A stretch of DNA of 64,000 nt from Marsupella aquatica (Eukaryota; Plantae; Marchantiophyta): NCBI GenBank assembly GCA_973895155.1, contig OZ316898.1, positions 15,840,330-15,904,329 on the forward strand, written 5' to 3'. A program made the translations under genes and the position numbers. The notes below the pieces were generated by a model. The model saw only the letters and a list, made by a program, of their open reading frames with translations, searched no databases and had not been told where the DNA came from. Positions 48,841 through 59,432 of this stretch are shown piece after piece (the stretch's first letter is position 1; each line of letters opens with the position of its first letter).

Positions 48841-51800
48841 TTATGAGGTGGGCTTGATCGTGGACAATCTGCTCATGCCTATACCTTCGAGGTGCGTTCT
48901 GTGCAATCCGGCTGGTAGTGGTTTCGTAAACATGTCTGCTCGATTGTCCTGAGATTTGATCCATGCAACATTGATACTTTTCCCTTGTTGTTCTTGCGTG
49001 AAGAAATACTTGGGGTCAATATGCTTGGTCCTCTCGGTCTTCAGGATTCCGTTGGTTATCTGGTCGATACACGCCTTATTGTCTTCGTAGATTGTGGTTG
49101 GCTCTGTTATCTGTGGTTTACCGGTGCTGGACCTAATATGATTGATAATGCTTCGTAGCCATACAGCTTCTCTGCACGCCTCGTATAACGCTATGATTTC
49201 CGAGTGGTTGGATGACGTTGTGGTCATCGTTTGCTTTGAACTTCGCCAAGATATTGCTGTCGTCCCCTGTAAGAACACGTACCCAGTCTGTGATTTGGAG
49301 TCCTGGGGGTCCGACAGGTAGCCGGCATCAGTGTAACCGGTAAGCGTATCGGGGCTATTCTTAGGAAAGAATAGTCCAAGGTCGATCGTCCCTTGTAGGT
49401 ATCTCATGATCCTCTTGATGCCGTTCCAATGCCTGATGGTGGGCTGTGCGCTGTGTCTCGCTAAGAGACTGACGGCGAACGATATGTCAGGTCTCGTCTG
49501 GTTCGCTAGATACATAAGGGCGCCCACCGCTGATAGGTACGGTTTTTCTGATCCCAGTATGGGTTCGTCTTCTTGGCGCTTCCGAAACATATCTTTGATC
49601 GGGTCTAGAGATCTGAGTTCCATCGGGGTGGAGACAGGGTAGGATTTCTGCATGTTGAATTGATGAAGTATCTTCTGCGTGTATGTCGATTGGTAAAGGA
49701 ATATGCCTGTTTCTAAGTGTTCGATCTGCAGGCCTAGGCAGTGGTTGGGTCTTCCAAGGTCCTTCATCTCGAAGACTCCTTTCAGTGTATGTATTGTGTC
49801 TTTCATCATCTGTTTAGTCCCGAATAAGTTCACATCGTCCACGTACAGTGCTAGTATCAGGACTTCGTCCATATGCTTTTTGATGAAGATGCAGGGGGCC
49901 AGTCCGCTATTTGTAAATCCGAGGGCGAGCATCTCTGTCTGGAATTTCTTATACCAGATTCTGCCGCTCTGTTTAAGTCCGTTGATGGAACGTAACACTT
50001 GGACTGTAAGTTTTGTTGTTAATTTCTTTCCTCTGGTATGCATTGCCTATGTATTTCCACTTTGCATCAAGAGGGCCTTTGTATCCCCATAAGGTATTAT
50101 TTGGCTGATGCCCTTTTTAATCTCTGTATTCAGGTTCTGGGACGTCTCCCCCTGAATGTGCTGCTTGACCCTCTCTATCAGTTCCGGGGGGGCAGTCATG
50201 TATATCTCAGTATCGAGTGTGACGTAAAGGTACGCGGTTACCACGTCCATAAGGTTATTAACCAGTTTATGGTGGACTGAATGTGCTGTGAGATAGCGAT
50301 ATGTAGTAGCGTCCATTACTGGTGAGTATGTTAAATCGTAGTCCCTGCCCGGGATTTGTGTGTAGCCTTTGGCTACTAGCCGGGCTCGATATCTTACTAC
50401 TATGCCTTTCTCATTTCGTTTTTTCAAGAATGTAAATCGAGAGTCGGTGTAATGTGTACCTGGTAATGCCATTTTAAATGGTCCGAATACTTGTCGCTTG
50501 ATGAGGGCGTCCATCTCGGTATGTATTGCTGCTTGCCACTTTGGCCAATCTGGTTGTTTCTTTGCCTCGTTTATAGTGAGCGGATCAGGAATATCGTTGG
50601 TGATTTCCTGTATTACGTTATAGGCAAATTGTTCATCAATTTGGGTTGTCGGTCGTTTATATATGTTACCTGTTTGCATGTATGTGATTGACATTTCCTC
50701 GTTTTCTTCGCTCAGTGGGTCGTTTTGATTTATCGCTGTCACGTTAAGTGTGATCGCTGGTTCCAGCGCGGGTGTACCCAAGTTTGCTGCTGGAGTTTTA
50801 CGTTGGCGAGGCTGGGAGTCCTTGATCCCTGGTGGTCTGCCTCGCTTTGCTCTGGGGGCTGTTACATTGGCCGGTGTCGAGGAGGTTTGTACTCGCGATG
50901 GCGCATTAGCTGCTAAGTTGTGGGATCTTGTGACATTTGCAGCGTCGTTAAATGAGTCTGGAATCTTTTCGAGCATTTCATGTAGGTGGAGAAGTCTTCT
51001 GACTTCTTCGTCTGCCTGCTTGGTTCTGGGGTCATTTCTGTTTTGGTCTGCTTTCCAATTTATGGGCATTTTCGTTGTGTCCTTGGATTGTGTTGATGCT
51101 GTATTCGTGAGCTGTGGGAATTGATCTTCATAAAAATGGCAGTCCTGATGTCTTGCCTTGAACAGGTCTGCCGTAGTTGGTTCAAGGTATCTAATGATCG
51201 AAGTAGAGTCAAACCCAACATAGATACCTGCATTCCGTTGGGGTTCGAGTTTTGTTCTCTTTGGTCCTAAGATAGGCACCATTACCTGGCATCCGAAAAC
51301 GCGTAGGTGGGACAGGTCCGGTGGTATGCCGAACGCCAGGTGGTATGGTGTCTTAGAGTTATATGCTGACGGTCTATATTGGATTAGTGCAGCTGCGTGA
51401 AGGATGGCATGTCCCCATGCTGATGTGGGTAAGTTTGACTTCATTAACAGTGGTCTTGCCACCATTTGAAGTCTCTTAATAACCGACTCAGCTATACCGT
51501 TCTGAAAATGAACGTGGGGAACTGGATATTGAGTATCGATGCCCGCTGCCCAGCAAAAGTCGTCGAATGTTCTTGATGTGAACTCGCCAGCTCCATCTAC
51601 TCTTAATCTTCTTGTAGGATACTCTGGGAACTGTGCTCTTAATTTAAGAATATGTGCTAAGATCCGCGCAAATGCCAAGTTGCGGGTAGATAGCAATGAA
51701 ATCTGCAGCCATTTAGTTGATGAGTCGATGATTACCAGGAAATATTTGAAAGGGCCGCTCGGGGGGTCTATAGGTCCGCAGATATCTGCATTGATCTGCT

Positions 51801-52449
51801 CTAGGAACTGTGGTATTGAAAATATTGTTTTTGGTATTGATGGTCGTATGGTCATTTTTCCTTGTGAGCACGCTATGCAGGCTGTTTTTACCTTTGGCTT
51901 GACTGTCTTGGGGATTCCTTTGGAGTCCCTTATAATCCTGTTGTACATAGTGGTACCCGGGTGGCCCAGTCGACAGTGCCAGATGTATGTCATATCCTCT
52001 GATTCTTGGTGTATATGGAATGTTTGGATACTGGTTGCGTATAGGCCTGGGGGGATCAATGCAAATGTTTCTTTAATGGATGGCTTACCCTGTATGTCTT
52101 GTATGATCTGTAATGTCTCTGTTTTGCCCTGAGTATTCGTGCGCAGTTGGAGGTTATTGGATCTGATATCCTGGAAGCTGATGAGGTTTCGGGTTGCTTT
52201 CGGGGCATAAATTGCTGACTTCAAGGTGATTTTAGTTCCTCCTGGTAGTATAAATGTGGCTCGTCCTTTGCCTTCTTCTATATGATTAAGTCCTGCTATG
52301 GTGGTGATAGCGCGGGATGATGGGGTGATGGCCTCGAAATACTTGCTGTGTTTTAAGATAGTATGTGAGGTTCCGCTGTCGATGATGCCCGTATCGGGGT
52401 CGTCTAATGTCGGGTATTTCCAGTCAGTAAGAGAGGTATGTACTTCTAT
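48841..52449 (-). pseudogene. Copia pol (PR, IN, RT, RNase H) with one in-frame TAG
   Basis: IIDSGTSHT, WHCRLGHPG, ADICGP, RVDGAGEF, RARLVAKG, GLKQSGR, YVDD, GYTDAG, IYEDN, RTKHID; TAG at 50047-50049. Confidence 0.95.
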
Positions 52450-53568
52450 CTATTCTTGTGTTTCTTCTCTCTGAGAGGCAATCAATTCTTCTTCTATCTC
52501 CATATAATGTCCTTGGGGGTTTTGTCTGGACTTATTTCTGTCGTTTATGTATCTGTGGGCCTCTTGTTCTGTGGCTGCACATGCGTTTCTAATGTGGCCA
52601 ATTTTGCCACATCGGTAACACATTTTCTGGGAATTGTTTGCAGTGTCGTATTGGTTGCTTCGTCCTCTTCCTCTATTATTCATGGTGCCTCTGTGCCACG
52701 TGTTATTGGATCCGGAGGGTCGGTTATAAGGTTTGCCTTGTCCTCTGAATTGATTTCTCCCGCCCCTGAATTGGTTTCTTCCGCCTCTGAATTGAGTTCG
52801 TCCGCCCCGGTAATTTCCTCGTTGTTTGTCTTCATAATTGGTGTAGTGGGTTTCAGGTCGATGTGGTGGGGGGTCTGATCCTGCTGGGCGCTTTCTGGCG
52901 TTTTGCAAGGCCACGATCTGTTGCTTCTCTTCCACAAGTAAGTGAGCAATCAGATCTGAGTACTTAGTGAAACGCATGTTCCTATATTGTGTACCTAATG
53001 TGATATTAGATTCAGGGAATGTCGATAGTGTCTTATCGATTCTATCTATGTCATTTATTGGATGTCCACACATTTCTAATTGAGATGTAATTCTGCACAG
53101 TGCGCTATTGTAATTGGCAATTGTGGTGTGGTCCATGACGCGCAGGTTATGCCAATCCCTTCTTGCCTCTGGGAGCCATATCTCCCTCATATGATCAAAT
53201 CGGGCTTTGAGGAGATCCCATAGTTTTCTTGGATTAATTTCGTTCATATACTCATTCTTTAGTTGAGGGGTTAGATGTTGCCTGAGTAGAAACGCTGCCT
53301 TAGCCTTTTGTTTGAGCGTGACATCGATGTCGGTATCTAAGGTGTCTTCAAGGTCTTGTGATGTAAAGTAAGTTTCGACATCTGTGATCCACGTCAAATA
53401 GTTGGATCCGTCGACTTTAAGTGCTGGCCATAATAATTTTTCGACTGTATTCATTATTCGGGATGTCAGTTGATTTAAGAACTTTGGTGAAGGTTGAATC
53501 GAGTGAAGTATCTCGATTGTACAATTGACCGGTTGGAAGCTTGTATATGGAGCTGAGGGAGCTTTCAA
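52450..53568 (-). CDS. Copia gag
   Basis: LKVDGSNYLTW..PRKLWDLLKARF..RGG repeats..CYRCGKIGHIRNAC. Confidence 0.93.
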   Translation of the reverse strand: MKAPSAPYTSFQPVNCTIEILHSIQPSPKFLNQLTSRIMNTVEKLLWPALKVDGSNYLTWITDVETYFTSQDLEDTLDTDIDVTLKQKAKAAFLLRQHLTPQLKNEYMNEINPRKLWDLLKARFDHMREIWLPEARRDWHNLRVMDHTTIANYNSALCRITSQLEMCGHPINDIDRIDKTLSTFPESNITLGTQYRNMRFTKYSDLIAHLLVEEKQQIVALQNARKRPAGSDPPPHRPETHYTNYEDKQRGNYRGGRTQFRGGRNQFRGGRNQFRGQGKPYNRPSGSNNTWHRGTMNNRGRGRSNQYDTANNSQKMCYRCGKIGHIRNACAATEQEAHRYINDRNKSRQNPQGHYMEIEEELIASQREETQE

Positions 53569-53798
53569 TCATGCCAATAAAGTATTAGTCCTTTGGACTC
53601 TCGATATGCTGGTCCCGAATTGATGCTCTATGTGAAATTTCGTGTTTTGTAAAAAAATTCAACTCTGAGGCAAAAGAATGGAGACCAAGAAAAAAAACGG
53701 TTATGGCAGTTTCTAAAAAAAAATGCCACTTTACGAGCATTCTCCTCGTGTAAAACTCGATTGCATCTGCTTGAAAAAAAATGATTTTAGAGACTGGC

Positions 53799-53812
53799 TC
53801 GTGCTGATAACG
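53799..53812 (-). other. Primer-binding site complementary to a half-molecule tRNA-Ile
   Basis: The + strand TCGTGCTGATAACG resembles the anticodon arm of tRNA-Ile(AAU), inosine read as G; adjoins the 5' LTR and lacks TGG. Confidence 0.7.
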
Positions 53813-54009
53813 TGTTGTAATAGACAACTAAAGGAACACTCAAAGATACTCCAACAAGATAGATCCATTACTATTGATGAGGGGATATATATATCCCCTT
53901 GGTTACATGGTAGGCAAATGCCCTTATACTGGTCCTATGGTTAGGAGTTCTCATACTATGGTTAAGGGTTCTCGCCCTATGGTTAAGGGGTAAACTAGGG
54001 TTTACAACA
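53813..54009 (-). repeat. Copia 5' LTR
   Basis: Identical by eye to 48140-48336. Confidence 0.97.
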
Positions 54010-54984
54010 AATAACATGTTTTAGGAGACATTTTTAAATTCTCATTTTTCCTGGTAATAGTGATTTTTTCGTGGTAACAGCATATTAAAAACAGGAAAAA
54101 AAATTCCTGTTTACCTGTTTCCTGTCTCCGTCACTATACCCCAAGCACCAAACAAGTGGTAGGGAAGCGAAGACTAAGAGAGAGGAAGGGTCGCAAAGAA
54201 AATTGAGACATTGCCGAAGGAACCCGAGAAGAAGCCAGTAGCGAAGAAACAGAAAACTGACAAGTCTCTTTTGCGATCAACCCCTGCGAACGTACAGATG
54301 CTCCCAGAAGATGAGGGAGACAAACTTGATGCCCCTGAGGAGAAGAAGGTCTTAGAAGGAAATGATGTTCTCCAAAGAATAGAGCAGTACTATACTTTTG
54401 GGATAAATGAACTATTTTCTATTCCAGTGGAGAAAATTGTGCTTGCACCTACAAGATTATGTTATAGGATGCTCAGTAGTACCCATGTGAAGCACATAGC
54501 CGAATCCATGGTCAAAAACCCTGGACATGAACCTCACGTCGCGGACCTGCTTCCTTATAGTCTGAAGCTTAGAAAGTTGCTCCATTTTGATAGCACGGAG
54601 AACGACCGCAAAGACTTTCTTGCAGGAGTGAAGAAAGGCGAGATTGGTTTCTTTGCCATCAGTGGGCAACATTCGGCTAGGGCGGACAAGTGGGTTCTCG
54701 AATGGGCCAAAATTGATGCCAAGCTCACAGTGTTGGCAAAAAAGTTAAAATACAGGAAGTCTAGATTATTGTCAGACCTTACACCATCGGCTATATTGGT
54801 TGAGCACTCAATGAGATCAAATGCCATCAATTCGACGATGGTGTTTCAATCGTGCTTCAAAGATACAATTGTTCATGCAAGGAAACAATTCCTTGAATGC
54901 GGAGGACCAAGAAAGCCAAAGCACGGGGACAACAAGTCAATCGCCCAAGAGAATCAAAAATTTCAGGTGAGAAACATTTTTCTT

Positions 54985-55325
54985 GTTTGGACAGAGATGG
55001 TCTTTGTCCAAGAGTGTGACCGTCCGTTACATTGATTTTAGTTCAATATATTTCTGGTTATTACTTGGATGGAGATGGTCTCTGTCCAAGAGTGTGATCG
55101 TCCATTCTAGAGATTTCTCTTCCTTCTACTTTTGGTTATGACTTGGATGGAGATGATCTCTGTCCAAGAGTGTGATCGTCCATTCCAGAGATTTCTCTTC
55201 CTTTTACTTTTGGTTATGACTTGGATGGAGATGATCTCTGTCCAAGAGTGTGATCATCTATTCCAGAGATTTCTCTTCCTTTTACTTTTTGGTTATGACT
55301 TGGATGGAGATGGTCTCTGTCCAAC
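54985..55325. repeat. 78-bp tandem repeat (~4.3 copies), each carrying the palindrome, inside predicted intron 54967-55396
   Basis: GGTTAT at 55056, 55134, 55212, 55291; unit contains GGATGGAGATGATCTCTGTCC. Confidence 0.92.
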
Positions 55326-57915
55326 AAGCAAGTGATAGTTTGTTGTCAAATCTCATTGATTGTAGATAAGTTATTTTCCCCTAATTTTGACTGTAGGATT
55401 ATTTGGCATTGGCAAGGGTGACCATGGGGAGAAAAGACTTGAAAAATGTATATTGGTTGCTCTTTGCCAAGAATGATCTTTTCGAGCTCTGGCGATTAGT
55501 GTGCCAGATGTGGATTAATGGACATCGTCCTGATGGAGCTGGTACACAGGGAAACAAAAGGTCCGAAAAGGGTATAACGGTCGCAATGTTTCATTGTTTT
55601 GATGGTGAAATCTCAAGTAGAGATTTGACCAGAATTTTGAACAAGGTGAAGTCAGGTCAGGTTTTATTGAAGAAGGATCCGACAAATAAGTCAGATGTTC
55701 CAGCAATGGAGGACTTTGCAAAGGAGGTGAAGATATTGATCAAACTGAAGTCTCTTATTGGAGATTACTACTTCAAGAAGGATCCAAAAAACTTCCCAGC
55801 AGATAGTGATTGGGTTAAAGTAATTGAGGTCCTCCCATTGTTAGGTGCCGAGTCGGAGTTGAACAGGTGCCGAAGAGCGGCTGGTGAAGTATGGTTGACA
55901 AATTTATTGAAGTCTAATCATACAAAGGAGAGTGAGATATTGCCAATGACATTGGTGATGCGTCTAGATGATATTTACTGTCAGAAGTTTGGCGGTGGGA
56001 CAAGTTCTCGGACCCAACCGTGGGTCACATTTTTTAGTAACAACCTAATGAAGACAGTGGATCCGGAGTCGTTGGAAGAACAATCTCCAACATGCCCTCT
56101 TGCAATTGTTGATTTCAGCCGACTTCAATAGAAGGAGTGGACCGAAGCAGAGATTTTGGTACTCTTCCAATACATAGTAGAGCTACCACGGAATCCCACC
56201 ATTGTTGTGATGATAGCTGTCCATCCGGGTTACCTTGTACTGAATGTCCTAAGCGCTCTTCATAAATTAGGACATTCAAAAACTCTGACTATTCACATTG
56301 AGTATGGGAGTTATTACCAAGATGATCAACCTCACCCTCACGACTCATGTTGGAAGGGAGGAATAGAAGAAGTTATCTTTGCGGGAATTTCTTGCGAAGA
56401 GAACATCAGCTGGGATGAAGTGTTCAAGCCCAACCAGATGAAGCCAAAATGGGTGTACGGTGAAAAGGATACTGATTTCGTGGTTGAGAAGGTCAAGGGA
56501 AAGGGAAAGGCAAAGGACGCGGATGAGGAGTCATTACATGAAGATCTAAGAAATATGATGACCCCATAAGAGGCGGCAATACTTCTGCACATGGCACCTC
56601 GATTTGAGACGGTCGGCGCTCGGGGTGGGTGGGTGAATCCTCACGCCAAACCCACACGGATGATCCAAAAGATCATCCAAACACTGTCTGAGCCGGGGGA
56701 TTTGATTCTTGACTTTTTCTCTGGCGGTCAAGTGATGAAGGCATCCCTTTTTTCTCAACGTGAATGTTTTGTTTATTGTGACTCTCAACATGAGAGACAT
56801 TTTGTGGAAGCATATGCTTCGTTCCTTTGTGAGAAGGTTCCCACCATCAAAGATCGTTATGATCGCTATGTCGGTGGAAGTTCTAGACATTGGGAACCCT
56901 CTTCTACTGCTGTTGCTATTGACGATGAATTAGATGGTGATCAAAAAGATGGAGCTGACCAATCAATCAAAGACGATGGGCCATCGGAGGGGGCATACAT
57001 GAAGAATTTGGATGACCGAGTTGGCGAGGGTGAAAATATTGACCTTGTGGAAGATGATATGATTGTTGGATCTACACCTTGCAGTTCACCAATTACAGAT
57101 GTTGCCCCCATGGGCCCCAACGAGGGCCAGTTCGATGATAACTTGGATAGAGATGGTCTCCATGCACAATTGCCTAGACAAGAGATGGAAGTTGATATGT
57201 TTGAAAAACTATCTTCAAACAACCTTCTCAATCAAGGTGCGGAGAGGCATGGTGAGTCCAATGAACTCGACACATTGGGATTGAGACCACAGCCCATCCA
57301 AATAGTCGACATTCCCGTGAATGAAGCAAGTGCACCCACAACTGCTGACAACCAGGCAAGTGCTTCAATTTGTCCCGATACACTCTTTTCCGCTTCTGAT
57401 GACAAATTGGTGTTTGTTCGATCACAATCAAGAAGTCCCGTTATCCTTCCACTCTCAAAAAAGAAAGGGAAGAGAGTAGGATCAACTGGATATAAGTCAC
57501 TTGAATATGATTGTCAATGTTACGTGTGGAAAAGTGGACCTGATGTAGGAACTGAAGTTGCGTTGGATGCTGCTCAATCAATTTTGAACAATGACTCGTA
57601 CAAAAAGCACAAGAAAGATCCAACTTATAGAAGTGGAGAATTGGGATTGATAACTCCGGTTTGGTCTACACCTTATTGGATAGAGGAGAGTACCTCCGAT
57701 GTCAATTATGAGATCCAACAAGAGCTCGGTGATGATATCTTGATTGATGAATATGGATCTCATTGTTAGCCAAGGTCTAGATTGAGCCATGTGACCTTAT
57801 CAATTTGATATAATATAGTCTATATAATTATACTTCAAGTTTAACAATTAGAGCATCAGTATCAATATCCATCTCCTCTTTACGGTTTCTCAATGAATAC
57901 GGTCAGTATGTAGGA

Positions 57916-58964
57916 TTGACAGAGATGATCTCTATCCAAACTTCAAATGTGGTTTTTTCTCTAAGATTGGTATTTGTTGCACTTGCAGAACCAAGACCTT
58001 GTTCCATCAAGCGCAAATTGCTGATTTTGGATCTTAACAAAATACTTTGGGATTCAGTTGAATTCCAAAGCAAGGGCAAATCCAGAAATGTTGTGACCCC
58101 AAGTGGAGTGCATTGGGATAGAAAAAATGGAATTAGTCGCATGTATACAGAAAGGCCAAGGCTCCATGAGTTTCTAAAGTTGGTTTTTGACCGATTTGAT
58201 GTTGCAATTTGGACATGTGCTGGGGTACAACGAACAGTGAAAATGCTGAACATGATGTTCACTGCTGAGGAGAGATTGAAACTTAAGTTTGTATTCACAC
58301 AGGTGGAAGCCTTTGACACAGGCATTCAAAGGCGTGACATTACAAACGGAAAGGCAAATCTGCTACTGAAGGATTTTCGGGTGGTATGGAGTGGATTTGG
58401 AAATCTATATGATGAAACCAACACCCTCCTTGTGGATGACTCCCCCCTTAAGGCATTTGCCAACCCAAGCATGATCGGACTATTTCCAGTGCCCTACACG
58501 CATGCCAATTGTGGAGATAATTTTCTTCTTACAATTCTTTGGCCTTGTCTTGAGAAACTATCACATGCAAGTGACATTAGATGTTATCTTCTTCTTAACT
58601 CTCCACTATGGTCTCTATTGCACATAAAGAGAGACAAGGTAAAAAATGAAATTACTTATGATCAACTAAGTAAGAGATGTGCAAAAAAATTTGGAAGTCA
58701 CAGTTTACGCATAGTGTGTTGGACCTCAATAGCAATGAGATTCCTTGGAACGTGAAGCATCGTATATGTAGTTTACATCCTGAGGCAGAACTTGACGATG
58801 CACTTGTCACCTCACTTGCTAAAGCATTTGTAGGACGGGACTATTCAGGTCCGTATAGAGAAAATCCCAGACACTTTTTGCGGGAGATTATAGCCATTAG
58901 AAACAACACCACCAAGTTCAGCTCCCTGAAGATAAAGGGACTTGCAACCGTGACACTAGGGTAG
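57916..58964 (+). pseudogene. FCP1/SCP (NIF)-type HAD phosphatase-like domain, transposon cargo
   Basis: KLLILDLNKIL, ERPRLHEFLKLVFDRFDVAIWT, LLKDFRVVW, YDETNTLLVDDSPLKAFANP; probable acceptor TTGCAG at 57983-57988; frameshift in the A-run ~58685. Confidence 0.85.
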
Positions 58965-59297
58965 ATAGTAAAGGAGACAGGGGCACGTGCTCAAATACAC
59001 ATTGTAAGGAGCACTTTGTTTAGAGATCTGACTCATGTTAAGCCCCTTAGATAGAAGAAATACATTGTAAATTTGGAGATAATTGTATATTATTTTATAA
59101 TCTATATGGAGTTATGTCATTTTGTTCACACATATTCAAGGGCTTCTTTGTGCTAAAATGTTTTTATAAGTATGATCTCTATCCTACTATTCTTTGTGAA
59201 TTAATAAATAATGATCTCTATCCTATTATTCTTTGTGAATCAATAAATGAAATAATATGTATTATTTATTAATATAATACTAATATGATTTGGCCTA

Positions 59298-59378
59298 TAA
59301 AGTGTACATTTAGAGACCAAAAAGTGTACATTTGGGTTTCTTAAAGTGTACATTTGGGGACATGAAAGTGTACATTTC
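59298..59378. repeat. Right subterminal repeats AAAGTGTACATTT, 4 copies
   Basis: Directly visible; same orientation as the left-end copies. Confidence 0.9.
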
Positions 59379-59432
59379 AAGACTGATTTGTGAACAAAAG
59401 AAAATACACTTTTAATGAATAGACTGATTTGT

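Larger units (their letters stand above)
48140..54009 (-). mobile_element. Full-length Ty1/copia retrotransposon, Bianca-like, recent insertion
   Basis: 197-bp LTRs identical by eye; TSD AATAA at 48135-48139 and 54010-54014; order gag-PR-IN-RT-RH. Confidence 0.97.
47927..54141. mobile_element. ~340-bp MITE-like insertion with 8-bp TSD, itself split by the copia
   Basis: CAAGCACC duplicated at 47919-47926 and 54142-54149; imperfect inverted ends with GACAG(C/G)AAACAG repeats; non-coding and A/T-run rich. Confidence 0.65.
46440..57769 (+). pseudogene. Cargo gene (~1,370 codons reconstructed): unknown N-terminus, ParB/Srx-like domain, beta-class N6A/N4C DNA-methyltransferase-like domain, acidic tail
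   Basis: Phase-compatible exons 46440-46587, 47157-47926 plus 54150-54966, and 55397-57769; FSIPVEKI..YRMLSSTHVKHIAESM..FFAISGQHS; NPHAKPTRMIQKIIQTLSEPGDLILDFFSGG; in-frame TAG 56129-56131, TAA 56567-56569, 1-bp frameshift ~54190. Confidence 0.75.
40512..59428 (-). mobile_element. Large Sola-like DDE DNA transposon with cargo genes (18,917 bp; ~12.7 kb without the nested MITE and copia)
   Basis: TIRs ATCAACCTATTCATTAAAAGTGTATT (40512-40537) and revcomp ATCAGTCTATTCATTAAAAGTGTATT (59403-59428), 24/26 identical; TSD TTGT at 40508-40511 and 59429-59432; empty site AAGCTTGTCCCAAGC at ~63490. Confidence 0.92.

Noticed and set aside
54211-57769. Bacterial contamination, restriction-modification or Dnd phosphorothioation locus
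   Set aside because: The gene has in-phase GT-AG introns, lies inside TIRs among plant retroelements, and has no nuclease or dnd partner genes.
57760-57990. Direct splice fusing the MTase exon to the FCP1 exon
   Set aside because: The candidate donor/acceptor pairs either create TAA or need the TAG at 57767-57769 to be a mutation; not supportable from this copy.
40512-59428. CACTA or hAT classification
   Set aside because: Ends are ATCA, not CACTA; the TSD is 4 bp, not 3 or 8; the catalytic motifs are Sola-like.
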